Below, piece by piece: positions 1 through 8,243 of a DNA stretch of 64,000 bases. Every line of letters starts with the position of its first letter. The stretch's first letter is position 1. Made by a program: the position numbers and the translations under genes. The DNA comes from a virus: IMG/VR virus record IMGVR_UViG_3300025418_000011. One strand, 5' to 3'. Below the pieces are notes generated by a model. The model made no database searches, was not told the DNA's origin, and saw only the letters and a list, made by a program, of their open reading frames with translations.

Positions 1-1
1 T

Positions 2-427
2 AGTCAGACAGTAACCGCAGGCCAAGTAGTTCGCGTGGATCCCTCCACAGGCACCGCTCTTTTAGGTGTTTCTGGAACCCCCGCTAATGATCTCGTTGGC
101 TTTTCATTAAACACGCTTAACAACAACGTAACTCCCAACACTGGTGATGGCGACGCCATCAATACCGGATCGATCGGAATTTATCTCCTCGATGGCGGCA
201 CAGTGGTTGAGGTAGACAGCTCTGTAGCTGCCCTCACAATCAACAACTCAAACTATGCTGTTGGTGTACCCGTTTATGCTAACGCATCAGGATTAATCAC
301 GACTTCTTCTTCCAGCGCCAAGCAGGTCGGAGTTGTTGAGGGTATCCGCAACCTCCCTAACACTGCTGCTGGTTCCGCTATCGGAACAACCACAGCGTTC
401 CTCGGAATCAAATTAATCGCAGCCTAA
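2..427 (+). CDS. Probable capsid decoration/stabilising protein (5'-truncated)
   Basis: Frame is open from base 2 (SQTVTAGQVVRVDP...), so it begins before the window. Small G/A/T/S-rich protein directly upstream of MCP with the same C-ending codon bias. Confidence 0.6.
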   Translation, partial: SQTVTAGQVVRVDPSTGTALLGVSGTPANDLVGFSLNTLNNNVTPNTGDGDAINTGSIGIYLLDGGTVVEVDSSVAALTINNSNYAVGVPVYANASGLITTSSSSAKQVGVVEGIRNLPNTAAGSAIGTTTAFLGIKLIAA

Positions 428-446
428 TCAAGGAGTATATAATATT

Positions 447-1403
447 ATGGAAAAAATCGCTGATGTAAAAGTGTTCAACGACACATTCGTTGAGATGGTG
501 AAGTCCGGACAGGAGAAGCAGGCTGCTGTTTCTGCTCAACAGTTCACCCGCAACAAGCTTCGTGAAGAAAGCTTCGCTGAAAAGATCCTCACCCCTATCG
601 ATCTCAGCAATGATGAGCTCGATAAGGCCCAGGATCCCGAGCTCCTTGTTAAGTGGAACGATCGCGAGCCTGATACAGCCCCTGCTGTTTCCGTCCCGCT
701 TGGTGTTGTTCCTGATGCCTTCCAGTTCAAGGGTACCCGTTATCCTTCGTACTTCAGCCGCATCCTCTCGCCTAAGTTCAGCAAGGACATCGATAAGCTT
801 CGTACATACGACTACGACATCCGTGCTATCATGCTTGAGCTCAGCACCAAGGATATCGCTACGCAGATTGACACGAGCTTCATCAACACTATCAACAGCT
901 CTGTTGGTACCCTCAACACAGCTAACTCACTGAACGGTCTCGGCCTTCCTCAGAACGTTAGCATCTCCGGCGGTATCACTCGTGAGTCTGTGGCTGAAGC
1001 CTTCAAGGTTATCAAGCGCCTCCAGGTTCCCTTTGGTGCCTCGCAGCCTGATGGTGGAGAGAGCAAGGGCGTTATGCTCATGAACACCGTTACTGCGGAC
1101 GACTTCGTTAAGATGGGTCGTTCTGAAGTTGGTGGTGACCTCGCCCAGGAAACGTTTATCAATGGTCTTCCCTCCAAGACTCTTCTTGGCGTGAAGCCCA
1201 TCTACACGATCAAGCGTGACTTGGTTCCTGATGGTACTATCTATCTCTTCTCTTCTGAGGAGTTCCTCGGTAAGTACTACAGACTCCAGCCGCTCACCGT
1301 GTTCATGAGAAACGAAGCCTACTTCCTCGAGTACTTCCAGTACATGAACATCTCGCTCGCCATTGGCAACGTCAAGGGCGCTGTTAAGATTCAGTTCTCC
1401 TGA
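447..1403 (+). CDS. Major capsid protein
   Basis: 318 aa, AAGGAG SD, strong C/G-ending codon bias, followed by a UUCG terminator. Motifs LREESFAEKILTP, PKFSKDIDKLRTYDYDIR, GKYYRLQ resemble jumbo-phage MCPs as I recall them. Lies between decoration and neck genes. Confidence 0.8.
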   Translation: MEKIADVKVFNDTFVEMVKSGQEKQAAVSAQQFTRNKLREESFAEKILTPIDLSNDELDKAQDPELLVKWNDREPDTAPAVSVPLGVVPDAFQFKGTRYPSYFSRILSPKFSKDIDKLRTYDYDIRAIMLELSTKDIATQIDTSFINTINSSVGTLNTANSLNGLGLPQNVSISGGITRESVAEAFKVIKRLQVPFGASQPDGGESKGVMLMNTVTADDFVKMGRSEVGGDLAQETFINGLPSKTLLGVKPIYTIKRDLVPDGTIYLFSSEEFLGKYYRLQPLTVFMRNEAYFLEYFQYMNISLAIGNVKGAVKIQFS

Positions 1404-1428
1404 GCTTAATCTTAGAGTTGTAAATATG

Positions 1429-1460
1429 TTAGGGGGAGCTTCGGCTCCCCCTAATTTTTT
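1429..1460 (+). terminator. Rho-independent terminator after MCP
   Basis: TTAGGGGGAGC-TTCG-GCTCCCCCTAA 11-bp stem with cUUCGg loop, followed by TTTTTT. Confidence 0.9.
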
Positions 1461-1463
1461 GTA

Positions 1464-1492
1464 TTCACAACCTCAAACTATAAAGATATAAT
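1464..1492 (+). promoter_or_regulatory. Sigma70-type promoter, probably leaderless mRNA
   Basis: TTCACA-17 nt-TATAAT; ATG of the next gene is 6 nt after the -10. Confidence 0.7.
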
Positions 1493-1498
1493 GTAACC

Positions 1499-1732
1499 AT
1501 GAGGGCAATAGATATTCTAGACAGTTTTTTAAAGTATGCTGAAACAGCTACTCCGGCAGGAACTCAAATGAGCGCCCCACAAAACAATTTAGTCACCCCA
1601 AATATAAATAATGGTCAGCCGTTTAAAAGAGCTCCTATCACTTCAGCTCCTGTTAATCCAGGCGGTAATACCACAATGTCTGGATCTGTGCCCAAACCAG
1701 CCACAAACTTGAATAACCCTAAAATTAAATAA
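1499..1732 (+). CDS. Small low-complexity hypothetical virion-region protein
   Basis: 77 aa ORF, P/N/T-rich tail, own promoter. Confidence 0.6.
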   Translation: MRAIDILDSFLKYAETATPAGTQMSAPQNNLVTPNINNGQPFKRAPITSAPVNPGGNTTMSGSVPKPATNLNNPKIK

Positions 1733-1737
1733 ATCAA

Positions 1738-2184
1738 ATGGCTAACCCGCTAATCACACCAGAAGAAATACGTTTGTTCATGATGGACAGAGCGGAACTA
1801 AATCCATTGCTTTTAGGTATTCGTTGGACTCAGGAAATGATCAATCAAGCAATGATTAATACAGTTGATTATTTCAATTTAATGCTTCCACCTATAGGAG
1901 TTTATTACACAATAGAAAAGTTTCCATTCAGAGGTTTATTGCTGTTAGGTACATCAGGTTATTTATTGAGGAGTGCAGCTATAAACGAGGCAGGTAATCA
2001 ATTCAGTTATGCTGCTGACGGTGTGCAAATTAACGACAAAGACAAGGCGCAAATATTTTTAGAGCTTGGAAATCAATTATGGACGGAGTTTAAGGAGTTA
2101 GCGCAAAACATAAGGATAAGCCAAAATATCGCTCAAGTTTACGGCACAAAGAACTCTGAATATATTTACAGGGATATAGGGTAA
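1738..2184 (+). CDS. Putative head-tail adaptor/connector
   Basis: 148 aa helical protein after MCP; NQFSYAADGVQINDKDKAQ resembles adaptor-type proteins; positional. Confidence 0.55.
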   Translation: MANPLITPEEIRLFMMDRAELNPLLLGIRWTQEMINQAMINTVDYFNLMLPPIGVYYTIEKFPFRGLLLLGTSGYLLRSAAINEAGNQFSYAADGVQINDKDKAQIFLELGNQLWTEFKELAQNIRISQNIAQVYGTKNSEYIYRDIG

Positions 2185-2186
2185 AT

Positions 2187-2426
2187 ATGAACGGCGACAA
2201 TAAATTTGCAGATGGCTTAAATAAGCTTGGAGAAGCTTTGGATGGTATAAATAACGGCAGACAGCCAGGAGCTTTAACAAGAGCAATATACGCAGCTGCA
2301 GCTAAAAAAAACCCAGCTATGGTTATTTTAAATGACTCTAGCTATTTAAATAATTTGACTTCGCCGGTAGGGATAATTGCTAGAGCTATTATGAGTAATG
2401 TATTTCCCATCAATAAAAACAAATGA
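2187..2426 (+). CDS. Hypothetical protein
   Basis: 79 aa, tightly packed in the operon. Confidence 0.55.
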   Translation: MNGDNKFADGLNKLGEALDGINNGRQPGALTRAIYAAAAKKNPAMVILNDSSYLNNLTSPVGIIARAIMSNVFPINKNK

Positions 2427-3232
2427 ACGGCACTGAAGTTTTTTCTAAGATTTTCATGATTCCTGATTTTGTCAGAGGTCATTTTATTCAATGGGAACTT
2501 GATCCTTTTTTTAATGCTCCTCTGCCTTATAATTTTACACTGCAAGTAAGTCAGGCTTTAGATTTTAGTGAAATAGAATATCAAATTTCTGTAGGAGATA
2601 ATTTTTTTGCTGTTGATAATTCTAATCAAAAGCAGTCTTGGTCTTTAAATTATAATTATAGAATCTTATTAGTCACAGGAGACAATAAACAGTATTATTC
2701 AAATTCTATTATTTTTGGTCATACGAGTACAGAGCAGCGCAGATATGCGATGGCTAGTGAGATATTAAGGAAAGAATTTTTATTATCTCGTTTTGCCGGT
2801 CACGAGGCCTGGCTACTAAAGAAAAAGACTTACGGAGCAGTTTCTACTCCAACCGTAGACCCTGTTTCTGGTGTACCCATCGCGGACGAAAGAAATCAAG
2901 ATCTGGGTATAGGTATAGCTGGAGGATATTTTTCACCAGTTCCATGCACATACGTTATAGATACCGCCCAGCTAGATAAACAAATGGATCCTAGTGGTCT
3001 TGGCGTTAAGGAAACAGCAGATACCATAGCAAGATTTCCTGGATATCCTTCACTAGATGTAAGAGATGTGATATGTACGAACATAGACGGATTTAGATAC
3101 GATGTACTTTCAAAAGGTATTACTTATTTTCCAGGCACGGGTATTCCAGTTAGTCAGAAAGTAACATTGCGCCTTATCCCACCCACTGATACTATATATC
3201 AAATTCAAGTGCCTGTTGACCTATATGAGTAA
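2423..3232 (+). CDS. Putative neck/head-closure protein
   Basis: 269 aa with a beta-sandwich-like N-terminus and a beta-barrel-like C-terminus (ARFPGYP...DVICT...RYDV); lies between adaptor and sheath. Confidence 0.5.
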   Translation: MNGTEVFSKIFMIPDFVRGHFIQWELDPFFNAPLPYNFTLQVSQALDFSEIEYQISVGDNFFAVDNSNQKQSWSLNYNYRILLVTGDNKQYYSNSIIFGHTSTEQRRYAMASEILRKEFLLSRFAGHEAWLLKKKTYGAVSTPTVDPVSGVPIADERNQDLGIGIAGGYFSPVPCTYVIDTAQLDKQMDPSGLGVKETADTIARFPGYPSLDVRDVICTNIDGFRYDVLSKGITYFPGTGIPVSQKVTLRLIPPTDTIYQIQVPVDLYE

Positions 3233-3920
3233 CGAAGATAATTTAGTTTGCCCCCCATTGGTAGGCTACACCTCTCCTTTTTTGAGAGAAATGCCTCAAC
3301 CGTACACTAATAAAAATTTAGTTTTAAATCCGTGGACGGTGCAGAATATTTGTTATGAAATGGCAGCTAATTACATGCTCTCTAATACCCCACAAAGTCA
3401 GGGGTTTGTATTTTCTCAAAAATTTGATAGAGACCCTAAAAAATCAGAAATATTTTTAGATATTGCATACAATTATAGAGATGACGTGGTACAAAAAAGA
3501 CCAGCTGTTTTTATAAGTAGAGGGGACGCAAGATACGATCATCCCACATTTAATCAGCAAATAGGCGGAAATTCAAAAGAGTCACAAAAAGAAAAATTAG
3601 CTATATTGCAAATGCCTGTACAAGTAACAGTGGTGGCCACTAATATAGGTTTTGCAGAGCAGTTCGCCCAGTATTTATCTAGGGTTTATTTAGATCATGC
3701 AGAAGAAATAAGGAGAGATTTCTTTTTAAGAAAATTTAGAATCGACTCTATGTCTAGCCCTTCTTTGTACTTAGAATCTAAAGAACACTATGCCGTAACA
3801 TTAAATTTATTCACGGCGTTCGATATGGGCTTTACAATTACGGGAGATCATTTAAAATTGAAAACAGTGAGCTTTACCGTGTTTACAAATTGTGCAGAAT
3901 CTCCACTTCTAAATCAATAA
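3225..3920 (+). CDS. Putative tail terminator/completion protein
   Basis: Last gene before the sheath; KRPAVFISRG motif as in tail-completion proteins. ATG at 3225 preferred over TTG at 3216. Confidence 0.5.
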   Translation: MSNEDNLVCPPLVGYTSPFLREMPQPYTNKNLVLNPWTVQNICYEMAANYMLSNTPQSQGFVFSQKFDRDPKKSEIFLDIAYNYRDDVVQKRPAVFISRGDARYDHPTFNQQIGGNSKESQKEKLAILQMPVQVTVVATNIGFAEQFAQYLSRVYLDHAEEIRRDFFLRKFRIDSMSSPSLYLESKEHYAVTLNLFTAFDMGFTITGDHLKLKTVSFTVFTNCAESPLLNQ

Positions 3921-3934
3921 GTGGGAAAATAATA

Positions 3935-3963
3935 TTGCAAGCAGTAGAAGATTAATCTAAAAT
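3935..3963 (+). promoter_or_regulatory. Sigma70-type promoter for the sheath gene
   Basis: TTGCAA-17 nt-TAAAAT, then a GGAG SD before ATG 3990. Confidence 0.65.
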
Positions 3964-3989
3964 TATAAATAACAATCCAGGAGAAAAAT

Positions 3990-6900
3990 ATGGCATACAT
4001 CGTACCAAAAGTATTAATTCAGCAGGAGTTCACCCAGATCCCTGTTTATACAACAAATCCGTTAGCGGCCTTCATTATCGGTCCTCAGTTCAATTTGGCT
4101 AGATATAACGTAGCCTCTGAGAAGCCGAATACCGAAGTTGTTCACCCCACAACACCTAGCTTAGGTAATGCATATCAGCCTGCTTCTACGGTGCTCTACG
4201 CCGTTCCTGGTGTGGTTGCTGGCACTTTTGTTGACTCTTCATATACCAAGGTATTTTTCGAAAACGTTGTAGCTACATATTTCCCGCTCGCAGCATTTAA
4301 TGTAGCGCCTCAGAGCAATCAAACAAAGGTGGGCCTTGTCACTGCCCCCTCCAGCAATAAATACCCAAACAGACTTAAGTGGAACCCACAGAATTCATAC
4401 TACAGCTCTTCCGCTCTTCAGTCCCAGTATGGATATACCCGCTCAACATATTTTTCAAACCGTGACGTACAGGTTGGGGACGTTGTCAGCATTATCGATG
4501 ACTCTGGAAATTCTTTAACTTCCCAAATCACTGGACTTATTCGCGACACATATAGAGAGAACTCCTCTCTTTCTGCCTCTGTAGGTTCTCCTGTTTTTTC
4601 GAGCACTTCAGGGTCTGTCGCTAATCCGGCTACAAACATATTCACAGACTCTACCGTTGTTTTCACTCAAGCGAATGTTGGCCAGTTTTTAACTGTGACC
4701 GCAGCTACCGCTCCTAGCGGTGAAACAGCGGCTATTGCTGGTACTACCTACCGAATAGTGGGCATCCAGAGTGTACACTCTGTTGTTCTTGACCGCGTCT
4801 TTGGAGAGCCTATCCCAGGAATCACCACAGGTTCTGGCATAACGTACCATATCAACGGTAATTTCGAAGATCCGTCTAATATCGGTATCAATAATATCCT
4901 CAACCCATCTAGCGCAACCTATGCCTGGGCAGGGGCAACCACAGCTCCATCGGCTCCCAACTTTACTGTTGCTGCTACATATTCAGCCACCTGGGTCGGC
5001 CATAAGGCACTCAGAATAATGGGTGACACCATTAAGGTGACTGTTGCCAGCGGTACTAATGTTTCCAACGCTACATTTAACGTTGTATCTTCCAATGGAG
5101 CTTTTGTGCCTGTTTCTGGTGTTGCCGCCACTGGCGTCGGCTCCGGAGGTACAGAGACCTGGACATTAGTGATCGATACTGATGATGCGGGCAATACAAT
5201 CACATTAACTTTCCCAAACAGCGCTTCGATTTCAAACGCTTTCTCGGTAGGCATGAGCTGGTCATTAACTTTCCAGGCTCCTACTGTGAATGCTGCCTAT
5301 ACAACCGCAGGAACATACACGGGTGTAAATAACACCGTGTATAAAATCACCGTTATTCGCGGCGGTAACTTCTACGATCCTTCACTCAATGGGGGAGCCG
5401 GTAACGCAAATACTTGCGCCCAGGTGGCTATCACAGCAGACAACGGTGACTCTAGCCCCGCCGTACTTGTTCCGCTTAACTCAGCCATCACAGTGGGTAA
5501 CTATGGTGTAGCTGCAACGTTTACCGCTGGTACCACTTCCGGTGCTGCCGGTTTAGTTGCTGGTGATATATACTACATCACCGCACAAGCCGCGTCGCTC
5601 GGAGCTGTTAACGTTATCCAAATTGCTGACAACTTACCTAGTGCAATTCTTAATGCCAGCAATCCAAATATCTACTTAACGCTCTCGTTAAATCAAGCGT
5701 CCACTCAGATTCCTCCAATTAAAAACTTAACTACCGGTACTCACAACTGGCAGTCTTTGGGAGGTAATGAGATTCAGATCAACAGTGGAGTGGTTACAAC
5801 TGATCCTGGTATCATTTTTGGCGGAGTTCCTCTCCCGCTTACAATCACTTCGGCCAATATTTATGTAGAACACAGAGACCTCACCACAGTGAACTCTGTT
5901 TCTATCGGTTCTGTAAATAACGAGGCGGACGTTACTAAGTATTTAGGTACAGTGCACCCCGACAATCCTCTCGCGCAGGGTGTTTATAACGCAGTGTTAA
6001 ACTCGAATGATGCTTCTGTTTACTATATCGGGCTTATATCTAATGACTTAGCCGGGTATAATTACGCTATCGGAGTGGCCCAGAAGAGTGATAAGGTTTA
6101 TGGATTCGTACCACTTACCTTTGATGAGGCTGTACAAGAAGCTGTAGTTTCCCACGTAAACGCCTATAGTACCCCTCAGGTGGGTCTCTGGCGCGTAGCC
6201 TGGTTGTCCATTCAAGACAAACACACCGCTGTACTGTACGGTCCCGGATCCATTCTGGATCAAGCCACAAACATGGCCAATCCTTCGTCGCCTACTGCTT
6301 GGGTAGGTACCATTACCGCGGACCCATTAGCTGCAAATACTCAAAATACGTTATTAACGGTATCTGGAGCTACATTCATCACCGACGGAATTCGCCCCGG
6401 CGATTCTATCCGCATGAATTTCTCCACGGATTCACAAGGAAATCAAACATATCAAGAATACGCCGTGGCCCAAGTCAGGAGCCAGACTACTCTCGTGATT
6501 GCTACACAATTACCGGCTCCTCTTGTTGCTCCTGTGTTGATAGAGATTATCCGCAATTACACTCTCGACGAGAGAGCTCAAAACCTCGCGGATATCGGAG
6601 GCAGCTACATGAATCGAAGAGTTCGTGTTGTTTTCCCTGACACTTATGGATTTAATGGTCAGCAGTATGATGGGTATTTCCTCGCGGCAGCCTTAGCCGG
6701 ATTACGCTCGGGTGTTGTACCTCACCAAGGGTTAACGAATACGCAGATCCTCGGTGCAGACGATCTCAGCAAGGTGGTCAACGTATATACTCAAGATCAG
6801 CTTAATGTGATGGCTGAAAGAGGCATCTGGTTGGTTACCCAGGAAATTGTTGGAGCTGTTCCTTATGTTCGTCATCAGCTCACCACAGATAGCACAAACT

Positions 6901-7223
6901 TAAACACCTCTGAAGATTCTATCACAACTAACGTGGATAGCATCAGCTATGGTCTTAAGTCCAGGCTCTCTCCATATATCGGTACGTACAATATCAATCC
7001 CGCAAACATCCAGGTCATCAGAGATGCAATCATCAATCAGATGAACTTCTACGCCACTCAGACCTACACGGTCAGGGCAGGAAATCAGCTCGTGAGCTTT
7101 ACACCCGCCACAGATATTCTTGAGATCCAGCAAGATCCTACATATCTCGACCGCATCGATGTGAAGCTTCAGCTCCATGTACCTTACCCACTCAATTACA
7201 TCAACTTAACACTCGTAGTATAA
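3990..7223 (+). CDS. Contractile tail sheath protein with large inserted domains
   Basis: N-terminal YIVPKVLIQQEF...AFIIGP and C-terminal sheath core (FLAAALAGLRSG, QLNVMAERGIWLV, VRHQLTT, DRIDVKLQLHVPYPLNYINLTL). Confidence 0.88.
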   Translation: MAYIVPKVLIQQEFTQIPVYTTNPLAAFIIGPQFNLARYNVASEKPNTEVVHPTTPSLGNAYQPASTVLYAVPGVVAGTFVDSSYTKVFFENVVATYFPLAAFNVAPQSNQTKVGLVTAPSSNKYPNRLKWNPQNSYYSSSALQSQYGYTRSTYFSNRDVQVGDVVSIIDDSGNSLTSQITGLIRDTYRENSSLSASVGSPVFSSTSGSVANPATNIFTDSTVVFTQANVGQFLTVTAATAPSGETAAIAGTTYRIVGIQSVHSVVLDRVFGEPIPGITTGSGITYHINGNFEDPSNIGINNILNPSSATYAWAGATTAPSAPNFTVAATYSATWVGHKALRIMGDTIKVTVASGTNVSNATFNVVSSNGAFVPVSGVAATGVGSGGTETWTLVIDTDDAGNTITLTFPNSASISNAFSVGMSWSLTFQAPTVNAAYTTAGTYTGVNNTVYKITVIRGGNFYDPSLNGGAGNANTCAQVAITADNGDSSPAVLVPLNSAITVGNYGVAATFTAGTTSGAAGLVAGDIYYITAQAASLGAVNVIQIADNLPSAILNASNPNIYLTLSLNQASTQIPPIKNLTTGTHNWQSLGGNEIQINSGVVTTDPGIIFGGVPLPLTITSANIYVEHRDLTTVNSVSIGSVNNEADVTKYLGTVHPDNPLAQGVYNAVLNSNDASVYYIGLISNDLAGYNYAIGVAQKSDKVYGFVPLTFDEAVQEAVVSHVNAYSTPQVGLWRVAWLSIQDKHTAVLYGPGSILDQATNMANPSSPTAWVGTITADPLAANTQNTLLTVSGATFITDGIRPGDSIRMNFSTDSQGNQTYQEYAVAQVRSQTTLVIATQLPAPLVAPVLIEIIRNYTLDERAQNLADIGGSYMNRRVRVVFPDTYGFNGQQYDGYFLAAALAGLRSGVVPHQGLTNTQILGADDLSKVVNVYTQDQLNVMAERGIWLVTQEIVGAVPYVRHQLTTDSTNLNTSEDSITTNVDSISYGLKSRLSPYIGTYNINPANIQVIRDAIINQMNFYATQTYTVRAGNQLVSFTPATDILEIQQDPTYLDRIDVKLQLHVPYPLNYINLTLVV

Positions 7224-7462
7224 TGGAGTTGGTTAAACAGGGATTTTTTGATCAAGCTCTAGAGATAGGTCTGTCTCAAGAAGAGGCAGACCATCTTTGG
7301 AAAAGAGCAAATACTTATCCTGGAACCTCCGAAGTATTTAAGAAATTAGACATATCTGGAAACGAAGAATCTCCAGCACATATAGCAGAAATTGCTAAAT
7401 TGATGGAGCAGGAGAAAATTCAACACCAAATACAAAAAACCAAATCACTACTAGGAATATAA
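7223..7462 (+). CDS. Hypothetical protein
   Basis: 79 aa, translationally coupled to the sheath (TAATG). Confidence 0.6.
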   Translation: MELVKQGFFDQALEIGLSQEEADHLWKRANTYPGTSEVFKKLDISGNEESPAHIAEIAKLMEQEKIQHQIQKTKSLLGI

Positions 7463-7671
7463 TGAGAGTTGTAGTTACTGGCGATTTTAGAGAACCTCTA
7501 TTATTAGATACAGATAAAGCTACAGGGCTATTAATATATTCTGATGATGGAACTCCTAACGTTATATATAGAATTATAGGAGACGGCAAAGCTTGGATCA
7601 GATACACTAAGGGAGAAGATAAAAATTTTAACGATGTAGCTAGACAATTAGGATTAATTAATTTAAAATAA
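7462..7671 (+). CDS. Hypothetical protein
   Basis: 69 aa, coupled (TAATG). Confidence 0.6.
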   Translation: MRVVVTGDFREPLLLDTDKATGLLIYSDDGTPNVIYRIIGDGKAWIRYTKGEDKNFNDVARQLGLINLK

Positions 7672-7698
7672 TATAAACAATAAAGGGAGAAAACTACT

Positions 7699-8139
7699 AT
7701 GGCCGATTTATTTCAACGTCAAGATACAACAATCAAAACCCCAGTAACAGCAGATAATTGTATAATTACATGGGGTGGTGTAGTTGCCGCTGCTACTCAA
7801 GTACAAATCACGTATCAGCAGCAGATTCAGCGCCGCAGAACAATTGGAAATCAAAGCGCTATCATTTACGCCACTTACCCAGTGGGGCAAGTAACCATCG
7901 CCAGACTTATTGCAGACGGAGCCTCAGATATATTCAGTAGCGAGGGTTGGTCGGCCTGTACTCCGGGTACTTTAACTTTCGCGATGTCTGGAGGAAAGGG
8001 AAGTAATTGCGCCGCTGGTGGCTATAGCCTCACAGCTAAGGGAGCAATTGTTTCTAGCTACAATCTCACGGCTGAGGCAGAGGGACTTACAGTATTAGAT
8101 AATATCACGATTGAGTTCTTAGAGCTTTCTCAAGGTTAA
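7699..8139 (+). CDS. Tail tube protein
   Basis: 146 aa beta-rich protein, GGGAG SD, follows the sheath, followed by a terminator; QITYQQQIQRRRTIG and GAIVSSYNLT...LDNITIEF fit the tube fold pattern. Confidence 0.75.
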   Translation: MADLFQRQDTTIKTPVTADNCIITWGGVVAAATQVQITYQQQIQRRRTIGNQSAIIYATYPVGQVTIARLIADGASDIFSSEGWSACTPGTLTFAMSGGKGSNCAAGGYSLTAKGAIVSSYNLTAEAEGLTVLDNITIEFLELSQG

Positions 8140-8160
8140 TAAAAATAATAAATCATAATA

Positions 8161-8197
8161 AAAAGGCCTCACTGGTTAATTCTGGTGAGGCCTTTTT
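8161..8197 (+). terminator. Intrinsic terminator, possibly bidirectional
   Basis: AAAAGGCCTCAC/GTGAGGCCTTTT perfect 12-bp inverted repeat with flanking A and T tracts. Confidence 0.88.
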
Positions 8198-8202
8198 ATT
8201 TC

Positions 8203-8230
8203 TTGCAATATAGAACAAGCAATCTATATT
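8203..8230 (+). promoter_or_regulatory. Sigma70-type promoter
   Basis: TTGCAA-16 nt-TATATT, 13 nt before ATG 8244. Confidence 0.5.
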
Positions 8231-8243
8231 AAATTAATCACAT

